This document shows, in pieces, positions 51,001 to 62,002 of a stretch of DNA of 64,000 nt. Within the stretch, counting starts at the first letter, position 1. Each line of letters starts with the position of its first letter. Location of the stretch: positions 4,402,001 to 4,466,000 of the forward strand of contig OZ218950.1 in NCBI GenBank assembly GCA_965112735.1. The letters run 5' to 3'. The notes beneath the pieces were generated by a model that was given only the letters and a program-made list of their open reading frames with translations, was not told the origin of the DNA and did no database searches. Source of the stretch: Phaeosaccion multiseriatum (lineage: Eukaryota; Protista; Ochrophyta, other classes). The position numbers and the translations under genes were made by a program.

Positions 51001-54000
51001 ACCCCCATGTCAATGAGGGAGAGGAAGTGGTACTTGGTGATGTCGAAGGTCTCGTCCCTGGTGAAGGGCTCGAGCTCCACACACGTGAACATGGCATCCA
51101 CAGAGCGAGGGAGCCGCTTCCGGCCCCCTCCTACATTGGCGGGGTTCATCGTGGCGAAGAGGCGAACGCCAGTGAGGTCCTCTTCCTCAAGAATCTCGCC
51201 GCTGCCAGGCACCACGTACTGGCTCCTTCCTCGCGTCATCAGAGGGACCAGACCCTCCAACACCTCAGGAGGAGCGAGGTTGATTTCGTCGAAGAGCACC
51301 CACTGCCCCTGCTTGAGCGCCGTCAGCAGGCTCCCGTCTTGCCACCTAAAGACGCGCTTGTGCCCATCCGAGCTTGGCACAATGCTCCCGAATAGCATCT
51401 CCAGGCTGGTGTTGGTGCTAAAGTTGATGCGCTGCACCTCGTAGCCCAGCAAGCTCGCCGCCGCCTCCACACACGCCGTTTTGCCCACCCCCGGAGGCCC
51501 TCGGAGCAAGAGGGGCGCGTCCGCGGCGAGGCAAGCGAAGATCCGTGACATATTCTTGAGGGTGGTGGCCGTGCAGTGCAGCCTCATTCTGTGTCTGAGC
51601 TCGAGCGAGTCGCCTCTGTTCCGACACTCCTTCATTTCATCCGAGTCCGCAGGAGATGCCGTCACACCACCATAGCTGCTCTGCACGAGGCCGGCCTTTG
51701 TCCAGCGCAAGGGCGTTTGCAGCGCGTCCGGCGACGGCTCCCCCGCAATGTCCCTCAGGAACGGCTTGGAGGCACCGAGCTGCTGCGCCTGGCACCAGTC
51801 CTCCAGGAGGGCAAGCACGCCATCGGTAGGCACCGCGTCATCCAAGACGAAGAAGCGCACACCCACAATCATGCTCGTCTGGAGCTGCAGCAGCAGCAGT
51901 TGTGCGTCTGCTGATGCTGCCCTCGCGCCCACTCGAAGGGCGGCGGCAGAGGCCGTGTAGTCGCACACCCGAAGGAGGTGGGCGAGGCTGATGGCGCTCT
52001 TGCGCGAGGCGCGACGCCCCTCCTTCAGCCTCTGCCACATGGCCTTGAGGTGGGCAGCGATGGTGTTGGAGGCAGTCCCAACGTCATGCCGCTTCAGCTC
52101 CTCGCCCACACCCCTCTGGAGGGACATGAGACGCCGAGTCAGCACCCGGCTTAGCAGCTGCTCGATCTCTGCGTCTGCGTAAGAGGGAACCACACTGGGA
52201 CAAGGGATGAAGACGAAGGGAGAAAGAGCACACGAGATCAGGGGGGTTGAGGGGTCGTTCGGGAAAGAAACCGCCAACACAGATCCCCTCTCTCTTTCCG
52301 AGCGAAGCCACCCCCAACTTACATCTCTGTGAAGCGTGACCTTGTCGCAGGGCTCACGTTGATCCGATCATTCGCGGTGTCGCGGTGGATGGAGGCGAAG
52401 ATTTGCATCTGGGCAGGCACGCCAATGGTCTGACCTCCCGTGGCCGTTTCTTTGGGCCCGCCCCTGCCCGACGAAGGGATGCGCCGAGAAATATCCTCCG
52501 TCAGGTTGAAGGTGCGTCCGGGCTCGAGAAGGCTGTTGAGCCGCTCGGTCACGGACTGCTTTGGCAGATTGAAGTCCGCCAGAAACAGAGCCTGCGAGGA
52601 TGGAGAAGAGGTCAAGGGGTGAGCACGAGAACACGCGAAGACGGAGGAACGCACAGCGAGGCCGAACACTATCGCGCTCTGCTCTCACCTTGCCCTCCAG
52701 AACGGCGCGAGTCACTGGGCCTTCCCTGAAGCTGAAGATTGGGTCGGAGCTGTCGTCGTCAAACGTCTATTACAGGGTATGAAGAGGGCATGATGGCAAG
52801 ATCGAGGGTCGTGTTTAAGTCACAGGAGTAATGAAAGGCGTACATAGGTGAGAGTCATGGCTTCAACGTCGCCCCCACTCACCCTTCGTATTGCCCCTGT
52901 GAGGAAGGACAGCTTCTCTGCCAGCTGCTTGACAGCGTCGTCAGCCTCCCGCACCGAGTAGAGGAGCTGCTCGCGGATCTTGCCGGTCCTTTGAAGACAG
53001 TCTCGCATGGCCGCCACCAGCTGCGGACTCTTGGCGGGCTTGACCTTTGCAACTCTCCGGTGATCTGCCTCCACCGCAGCAAAGCCACTCAATCGTCCGT
53101 CTTGCACCGGCTCCTGAGCTGCTTCCTCCATGTCGGATGAGGAGGAGGAGCTGCGTCGCAGCTTCATGGGAACACTCTCGCTCTCACTCTCGGAGGAGGA
53201 GCCACAGCGGTCGCCAGAGAGTGGTGGTGGTGGTGGTGGTGTTGGTGGTAGGGCACTCGCTGCTACCACCACCCCTGTCCCTGTAGATTCGTCCTCGTCG
53301 GATGAGGAGGAGCTGCGGCTGCGGGGAGGTCTTACGGGTACTCTCTCACTCTCACTCTCAGAGGATGAGCCATGGCGCCCTCCCGGTGTGGGTGCGGCAT
53401 CATCGGCATCAGGCGCAGGTGGGTCGAAGACAGACCACTCTCCGTCGCTAGCGGTCTCGCCTCCACTCGACTCGTCATCTTCATTGTCATCGGTGGAGTA
53501 TCCGTCCAGGAAGTAGGAGTGCTCGTCCTCAGCATCACTCGAAGCTGGCTTGGGGCTGCTTCCTTCTCCATGTTGAGCGTTCTCGCACTCATCGCTGTCG
53601 TCGTCGGCGTACTCATCGAGGAGGGGTACCGCGGAGCAAAGCCCTTGAGCTTCGCCTCCTTCACACTCATCATCCGACAGGTCCTCCTCCTCCTCCTGTT
53701 GTGCGGTCTCTGCCTCCTGCTTGGACAGCCGAGCGAATGCGTCCATGGCGACACGAAGCTGCAGGGCCTGGTCGCGGAGATCGGAAAGGTCAGCGGCTGG
53801 CGCCTCTTTCCCCACTCCCACCACGTCGAGTCTCGCCACTGCCCGAAGCACGCTGTCGTGGACTTCCTTCATTGCCCCTTCCAAGCTAAAAGGGTACATT
53901 TGGCCGACCAAGTCTGCCCCTTCAGTCTCCGGGGACAGGAAGCAGCGTTCCAAGTGGTGCGAGTCGCTTCGTCCCGTGATTGCTGCCCACGTCTCCACCA

Positions 54001-57000
54001 GAAGCTTCTTGCAGGCGGTGGGGCCCACCAGCAGCACGGGCTCGTGGTTCTCGGTGGCGAGGAGGAGCAGGGCAAGGGCGCGCAGGAAGGAGGTAGGCAT
54101 GTCCTCCAGCAAGGCGTGCACTCCCTTCACGTCCACGCCCTCGATGGCCTTGCTCAGACTGCCCAGTCTCACGATGAGCTTGCCACCAGCAACCGTAATG
54201 TCGCACGCCGCTCTGGCGGTGGCAGCGTGGGCCGTCGGAGGGGTGGTGTGGTGCAGTCCAGAGAAAGGTAGCAAGTCATGTGCGCCGGCACCTACTCCAC
54301 TACCAAAGCCCTCGTGCAAGGCGCTCACGACGCGATCGAACGCGTCTTGAGTGGCGGTGCTGGAGAGCAGAAGGCTGGCGCCCGCGAGGTACCAGTGCTC
54401 CTTCTCGTCGACATTTCCCGTGGGGAAAAGGAGCTTGCGCCGCTGCGACCACTTGATGAGATGGCGCAGAGTGATGCGATTCCGCACATCCCCCGTCGCC
54501 AGCACCTCGTACACCGCCGCCAGGCACTCGGCAATGCTCTGCCCGCAGCTGCCCTCCTCCCACTCCATGAGGATCTGCTCCACCTCCACTCGCGTGAAGT
54601 CCTGCATCTGCACCTCAGAGAAGCGGCTGCGGAGGGTCGAAGGAAGCACATTGCGCCCAGCGTACCTAACCATAATGTATAGAGAGAGAGAGCAAGGAAG
54701 AGAGAGGGAAGGTAGACGCACAGCGAGTCAGCGATGATGCTTGGGAAGAGAGGAGACGAGAGGGGACGAGAGAACAAGAGAGAGGTAGAGATGAAGAGGG
54801 GAAGAGACGAAGAGACTCACCCACTGGCGTTCTGTGTAGCGAAGAAGCGGAAGCCATCTGCCGCTCGAATCTTTTCTGCAGTGCCAGGCACAGACAGAAC
54901 TGCGCCCGCCCCTCCCTCCAGCAGAGGCGCCAGCATGCTCAGCACGTTGGGGTCCGCGAGGTTGAACTCGTCTGCGAGGAAGTAGCTGCCGCTCTTCATA
55001 GCGCGGTAGAGAGCGCCTTCCTGGAACTCAAAGCGGTTGCCCACAGGAATGGGTGAGCCGAGGTAGTCCTGCATGGTGGTGGTCTGCGTGTTGTTGACTC
55101 GCTCCATGTGCACGCCTGCTGCGGTGGACAGCTCCACGAGAAGGGAGGTCTTGCCGCAAGACGCGGGGCCTTCAAGCAGCACAGGGTAATTGCACACGAT
55201 GGCCCCCTGCACCTGCTCGGCGTAGGCTTTGCGCTGCTCGGTGAAGACGTGCCTCTCGGAAGAGGACGAGGTGGAGGTGCTGTCGAAGAGAGAAGGGAGA
55301 GCGCACCCTCTAAGGGACAGCCGCGAAGCCACTTCTTGCGCCATACGCTCGCCTTTGCTCGAACTCTTGAAGAGGCCGGCGACAACAAGCTGAAAGGCCC
55401 CGGCGAAAGCGCTCTCGATGGAAGGCACGCTGGCCTCTCTCTGTACCCGCAGGCGGAACGTGCTGTCGAGAAGTCTCGTCAAGTGGCGAAAGGTGAGCTG
55501 CTCGCCAAGCAGGGCCGCGTCCAGCTGGCCGGGGCCGATCTCCGACCACACATAGAAGCACACGTCAACGATGCGTCCGCACGCGGTGCTGCTCTTGTCG
55601 ATGCCCAGGAGCGCCGTCGCCAGGACCCGCACCTCTTCCTTGAAGGCGTGCTCGTCCTCGACCCGAATGTCTTCCATATACACGTTGGCCAAGCGGTTAA
55701 GCAGCGCCGGGGAGGGCTCCGGCGATGGCCGAGAGCTGTGCCCCACCGAGGCCACGTTGGGGTCTGCGACGGTCATGGTGGCAAAGGTGCGGAAGGTGGG
55801 AGCTTTGGCGTTCACGGGGTGCCACGCCTCGTTCGGGTCTGTCTCTCCATTCTCCGTCAGTCGCCAGTCCACAGGGTCCTCTAGCAGGGGGTTGAGTCTC
55901 TCGAGCACGCAGGCGTCGGCATCACTGATGTTGTCCAGCAGCAGGAAGCTCTTGTCACGCAGCGCTTGCGTCACCAAGCCGTCTTGCCAGGCGATGCGTG
56001 GAGTCGAGACGGCCGCAGCTGCAGCCGTAGTCCCGGGCTCGGCGCAGCTGCTGCTGCTGCTGCTGCTGCTGCTACTGCGTGGTGTCTGCCCACCCACGAG
56101 CAGCGACACGTCCGTCTCCGGCGTGAGACAGATCTGCACGCACTCCATCTGGCAAAGCTCCGCCATGGCCAGGATTAGAGCGCTCTTGCCTGCCCCCACG
56201 GGCCCGACCAACAGCGTGGGAGTCTGGATGCGGCAGCACCTTGGGGGTTGCAATTGAATTGTGCAGACAGCAAAGAACAAGAACAAAAAAAGTAGGGGGA
56301 GTGGGTGGGTGGGCAAGGTAAGCGAAAGGGCGGACTGAGAAGGTAAGGCACCAGCTCCCCCGTACATGGCCCTCATATCTCACCTGGCGATCTGCATCAG
56401 CGATCTCTTGAGTCTCGGCGTGAGAGCAAAGGGGGCCGCGGGGACCCGCGTCAGCGCCTTGTCCTCGTGCTCGCGCTGGACTCGCTCCACTGCGGCGCGG
56501 TGAGGGCTCTCGTATCCCGCCACGTCCAGGATGCTCTGCACGACCATTGCCACGGCGTCTGGGTGTCGGAAGCGGTGTAGATACACTCGAGCAGCGGCAC
56601 TAACGACCACACTCTTGTCCAGCGCAAGTGGGCCTCCGCTGCTGTTGCTGCTGGTGGTGGTGGTGCTGCTGGTGGTGGTAGCGGTGGTGGGGGTGGTACT
56701 CTGTTCCACCGCCAGTGCGAGCAGGTCTTTGCAGCAGGAAGAGATGCCAAAGTGAATGCCAAATCGGCTGAAGAAGCCCTCGGAGAAGACCATCCTGCAC
56801 ATGGCCACATGCATCCGAAAGACCAGTCGAAGAGACGCCTCGTCGATGCGCGAAGCGAGCGCATGCTGCTGGGTCTTAAAGAGCTCGAAGACCGCGCCAT
56901 CCTCCTCATTCACCAGGCCGATGGAGAACTGCCCCGGCGAGGGAAGTGTGACTCCGTCGAATGGTAGGCGCACCTCTCCGATGCTGACTCCGCTGCAGTC

Positions 57001-60000
57001 GACGCGCAGGGGCACTTCTCCTCCATGCCCTTCGCATGCCGCTGCCGATGGCCACAAGTCGGCGATCATCCCTGCCACCACTCCTCGCGTAGACGCCTGC
57101 CGGAAGCGCGCTCCGTAGGTGCCCCACATCTCGAAGCCAACAATGGCGGCCAGGTCATCGACGCTTTCACCGGAGGACAGCCGCTGAAAGGCATGATCCT
57201 TGACTTGCAGCAGCTCGCGGATAGAGGTGACGGCGTAGCCCTTGCGCTCGGTAAAGGCGGGGAAGTCTTTTTCAGCAGCGTCTTGAGAGCCCTGCATCCA
57301 GCGGCCGAGGCTGTCATGGAACTCCACCATCTGCTGGGCCTGTACGGCGAATGTGCACTTGTGCTGTGGGTGGGTGGCGACGAAGAATGACTGGAGAACG
57401 TCTACCCACTCCTCCTTGGGCAGCTCCGCAAAGGCCAGTGGCATGAAGCGACTGAGGAAGCTCTCGGAGAGCTGCTCGCGCTTGCCCTTGAAGAAGCCCG
57501 AGTTGGGGTTCTGCGTGGCGAACAGTCGGAAGTCCTTGTGCCTCTCAATGACACGGATGGCAGTGGAAGCGTCAGCGGGGTTACGCAGCGTGAGTCGGCC
57601 CGTGTCGAGGGCGCCCTCGATAGACTGCAGCACTGAGTCTTGGGCGAGGTTGACTTCGTCGAGCAGCAGCCAGTGGCCATCCCGGAAGGCCACGGTGAAG
57701 GGCTGCTCCATCGTGGCGAACTCGTCGTTCGAGGTCAACACGACATGCCCGAACAAGTCATCAGTCGTCACAGTTCGGCTCATCTGGAGGGAGGAGGAGC
57801 AGAAGGTGGAGGGGGAGCAGAAGAAGGAAGGAAGAAACAGAGTAAGCAACGATAAATCGAGGAGTAGGATTGACATGAATGTGTAGAGACACATGCACAC
57901 AGACAGCCGAACTTACATTGAAACGAACGAGCTTTCTTCCGACGCTCTCCGCTGCCTTCTGCACAGTAGCGCTCTTGCCCACTCCGGTGCCGCCCTCCAG
58001 CAGAATGGGGGCCCGACTGTCCGTCAGCAGAAGCACCTTGTCCAAGTTCTTCTGCGTGGTGCGAGTGAGCACCATCTTGCTCTCTCCCGCCTTCACCCCT
58101 TCTCCTCCTCCAGCCGCCGTCTGCGGTGCGGGTATGTCCAGGATTTCGTTGACAGAGACGCCGCCACCACCACCACCTCCCTTCTGTGCGTGTGCTCCTC
58201 CACTGCTCATCCTCCGGCCTTCAGCCGCAGGCTGCTGCTTACTCTTCACTTTGAGCTTGTCTGCCATCCTCTGGAAGTGAGAGGTCTTGAGGGAGTCCAG
58301 GGGGGAGATGGCAGAGAGCGACTTGGTCGTCGCGCTCTCACTCAGGTAGAGCCGCCCATCGCTGGACGCTGCCTCGGCTGTGGCAGTGGCCTTCCGCAGT
58401 GCATCGCCGGCTTCATCGTCCGCCGCTGTGTCTCCGCAGTGGTTCGCGGCGCAGAGGGCCTCTGTCTGGGTGTGACTGAGGCTGAGGGCCTTGGCGAGCA
58501 GGGCAGTCACAAATGTCCGAACGTCCTTGGATGGGTGCGTCGAAAGGCCCAACAGCTCAGGGACACACGCCCCGATGAGATGCAAACTCCGTTGGCAAAG
58601 CACACTTGTCAGTCGCCGCAACTGAGCCTCCTGCTCGAGGGAGGGAGCTGGGCTGCCACCGAGCTGCACGAGACACCTCTTCACAAAAGCAACGCGCGTC
58701 AGACGCTCTTGCATATGTGCCTGCTCCGACCAAAACGGAGTGGAAGCCGGGAGGACATCCAGCACTCGAAGAAGGTCCTCGTCCACCCACGGTGCCGCGA
58801 GGAAGCACGCCAACTTGTCGTCGCTCAGAAGTATCTCCTGCAGTATCTGCAAAGACCTCTGAGAGCCGCTCTCCACATTGGTGTCTGTGGCGGTCCACGA
58901 CCAAAGGACGCGCAGCAGCCGCACCTGACACAGCACCAGAGACCTTCGGAGTGAGACAAGAAGCTCCTCCACCCCTTCGGCGAGCAGGGGCGATTCGTGG
59001 AGAAAGAAGATTAGCGCAGAGCCTTCCGTCCCAAAGAGTCTCTGAAGGTTGGGGATGGGCTCCTTGGAGGGGTCCGTCATCTCCAGCAGCATGTTGGTGA
59101 GCCACAGCAGGGTGGACATGCTGCTCTTGGCGGAAGGCACCGCGGATTGGGCCTCCTGCAGGGTGGCCAGGAGGATGGATGGCACCCCCGCAGCAACGTC
59201 CCTCGCCAGCTTCGCATCTGGACAGTCCACGAGGTGCTTGTAGACCGCGTCGCTGGTGTTCTTGAAGTAGGGTTGCACGCGATCCGTGAGCAGCTGCAGA
59301 GCGCACGCGGGTTGTTTCTTCGCAGAGGCCACGATGAGGGTACACAGCGTCTCTGGTGTCGCGTGGTGCGGGTTGGCGTAGAGTATAGACAGCACTTGAG
59401 ACACCTTGTCGCCCACCAAGTCTTGCAGCTCCTCTACCGAAGCGAGCTGCTGGGAGGACACACGATGAAGCTCGTGCTGTGCGAGCGCCTCCAGCACGAC
59501 CTGGCAGCTTAGCGCGGCCTCAATATCCTTCCGAGAGATGCCCTCCTCTTCCTCCTCCCCGCTGTTGTCCAAGCGACGGTATAGCAGGGCGAGAATGTCG
59601 GTGATAATCAGCAGCAGAGCACTTTCTTCAGCCCCACCCGCAGATGCTTTCAACTTCTCGCGAAGCTGTACCAGCACGACATCGAGGAGCCACTTGCCAC
59701 CGAGTCTGCTGTCCACGCTGTCCTCGCCTAACGACCTCTGCAGCGCTGGAAGGCACGCCTCAATCGCCCAGGAGTCGCTGCTCGTCACCACGCTTTCAAA
59801 GACCTCTGTCCAGTGCGAGGCGAAGGATGGTAGCTGACACGCTTCGTACAGAGGCATGGAGAGCGCTCGTGCCAGTCGCGGAGAGCTGAGCATGGGGCCT
59901 AGCAGCAGCTTCACTTTGGCCTCTGCTGGGGAGGAAGTGGGATCTTGTAGCAACAGGCCTCCTCCCTTGCTGCGCCCGTGGAGCAGGTCGACAAGCCACG

Positions 60001-61096
60001 TGCATGTGTGCTCGAGCCACGTGTCGGGGCTCAGGAGGAGAGACAGGAGCCTCTGTCGTTCCGGGCACGTCGGAGCCGCTTGAAGGAAGCGGGGTGTGAA
60101 AGGCTTCCGAGACCAAGCGCCGTCACTCCATCCCAGCCAGTGAGCCTTGGCGAGCTCCGGGTGAGCGGCCTCGACGTCACGGCCTAGGAGAAGGGGCAGT
60201 GCGCTTAGTGACACATCGCTCTTGACGGGATTGACACCCTGTGCCGGGTAAAAGCCTTTAGAACGGACGGGGTGGGGGGGCAGTGGGGAAGGGAAGAGGT
60301 GGTGGATGGACAGGCCCGTGAGTGAGAGGTTGGAAGTAGACCATGCCAGGCGAACAAAATACACAAAACAAGCAGTAAGGGGATGTGTACACTTACCCTT
60401 GCTGGGAGCTGCGGGGTAGAGAATGAGGCTCCATAGCATGAACAGAGGGGAGAGACTGAACGGGCCCAATCCTTGTCGTCGCAGCAGTGGCAAGGATTGC
60501 AGCTGGTCCTGGTGCCTGAGTCGCTCCAGAAGGGCACTGATGAGGCGGTAGGCATCGTCCACCGCCACCGCAGAGAGGGGGGGCGTGGACTCATCCTGGC
60601 CACTACGCGGCGGAGAGAGCTTCAGCTTAAAGTCTTGGCTGACTGTGCAGCTGTATAGCGCCTTGATAAGGTGCGGCAACAAGAGGATCACGCTCTCCTG
60701 AGCAGCCTGAAGCCCTTCTGCTGAGACACATCGGCACCTCGCCACCAGCCGCCAAGCCTGCCAGACGACCCCACCAGCCTCCACGCTCAGCCACGGGAAA
60801 GCCTCCATACTCTCCCCTCGACAAGCCCTGAAGGAGCGACCATAGAGCCCCTCCTCATTCGGCAGCAGGATAAGCTGGTTCAGGTCCTGGATTTCCGTCT
60901 CGCTCAGACTGTCTGCAGTCACCCGTGAAAGCTCGGCGGCGAAAGTACGGAGAGCTACCGTCGCTGCCTCCTCTTCCTGCTGTGTAGCAGCAAGTCTTCC
61001 TGGTTGCTCCTGCTGCAGTCCTTTTGCAAGAGCTTTCAATCTCTTTCGGCAAGCCTTGTCCCACACATAGAGCTGGGAAGAGAACGAGGATGCCAT
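28032..61096 (-). CDS. Giant midasin/Rea1-like protein (~10,472 aa): 6 AAA+ modules, long linker, ASH/PapD-like Ig repeats, Gly-Gln repeat, 4 vWA domains
   Basis: Exons 61096-60397, 60255-57917, 57783-56384, 56239-54821, 54665-52883, 52766-52689, 52591-52323, 52194-45749, 45654-36769, 36581-33265, 33038-32005, 31779-28032. Total 31,419 nt; all 11 introns are GT-AG and phase-compatible. Splicing restores split motifs ([16 protein letters not shown]; [22 protein letters not shown]; [23 protein letters not shown]; RSRFTE/IVVPSY). Walker A motifs [53 protein letters not shown] motifs DNSGS, DISQS, DVTGS, DESGS. Confidence 0.85.
31919..31986. repeat. (CA)n microsatellite in the last intron of the giant gene
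   Basis: Pure CA run within intron 32004-31780. Confidence 0.95.
33612..34630 (-). repeat. ~1-kb hexamer array (GGTCAG)n, read as (Gly-Gln)n in exon 10 of the giant gene
   Basis: (CCCTGA)n on the + strand. Variant units keep the 6-bp period and give GE, GL, DQ, SQ, DH with no stop in the gene frame. Confidence 0.95.
41450..41990 (-). repeat. Coding 99-bp (33-aa) tandem repeat, ~5.5 copies, acidic
   Basis: [17 protein letters not shown](R/H)VQVEG(A/T)APAVGEEES. The anchor CTGGCTGC recurs at 41583, 41682, 41781, 41880, 41979. Confidence 0.95.
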
Positions 61097-61391
61097 TGCC
61101 GGTTCTCTTTGGTCAGAGTGGTTCTATGCAAGGCTCAACACCAACACACCATTATTACGCAATAACAAAATCAAAGGTCACCCATCTTCGTATCTTTCTT
61201 TCACGTCAAGCAGAATCAGCACGGTCGCTCGCCATCTGTGATTTACTTTTATGTGGTCTCCCCACACTTGGTCTCCCGTACCAGTCGTTTTCTTAAGTAA
61301 GCCTTGCCCGTACGGGCACTGGCTCTTCCACCACCAAGGGCCACGTCCTGACCAGACTTCGCCGTCTCGTCAGCTGCAGCCACCAGATGTG

Positions 61392-61392
<1 letters not shown>

Positions 61393-61479
<87 letters not shown>
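61393..61479. repeat. (CA)n microsatellite between sufD and the giant gene
   Basis: Pure CA run. Confidence 0.95.
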
Positions 61480-61486
<7 letters not shown>

Positions 61487-62002
61487 CACACTTTCAGTTT
61501 CTTGGGTGATTCCTATCAATATTTTCTTGCTCTTGCAAGGAGTGCATGGGCGGGCGGGGCGGCGCGGGCTGTCTGTGGGTATCGTACGGCAACGGCATGC
61601 AGGTATCGGTGTTCTAGTGAAGCATCAGCACGACACCCCCTGCGCGTTACCTTTATCCACGGACAGACACAAACACACATCGGTTTTTTTTTCTTAGGTG
61701 TTTCCTATTAAGTCAATAAGTAATCCCCACACTCCTCCCCTTCCTCCTCTAATGTAACATTGTATTTCTTTCTCAACTAGTGTATCAAGCTCCTCCCTTC
61801 GTTACTGCTCCTCGAGCGTTACTCACTGCCCTCTCTCTATCGCTCTCCTCTTCTTCCCCCCCCCCCCCGCCCCATCCCCTCCCGATCCTTTGACGAAACG
61901 CACAATTCACGTGGCGCCTCCCCTCCTCTTATCCTCTTCTCTAGACGGGGGAGGATCTCCTCCTCCTTCTCCTCTTCGTCTTCTTCTGATTCTTCTTCTT
62001 CT

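Noticed and set aside
36776-60187. Numerous 60-350-aa plus-strand ORFs
   Set aside because: Antisense shadows of the GC-rich minus-strand giant CDS with no independent motifs.
28032-61096. Canonical MDN1/Rea1, dynein heavy chain or RNF213 label
   Set aside because: About twice midasin length, with four vWA domains, Ig-like repeats and a different pattern of intact AAA sites. No dynein stalk or tail and no RING/E3 motifs were seen. The gene symbol is withheld pending phylogeny.
61249-61697. Possible upstream exon or small gene around the (CA)n run
   Set aside because: The ORFs are mostly microsatellite translation and I found no convincing donor linking them to the exon at 61096; an upstream exon cannot be fully excluded.
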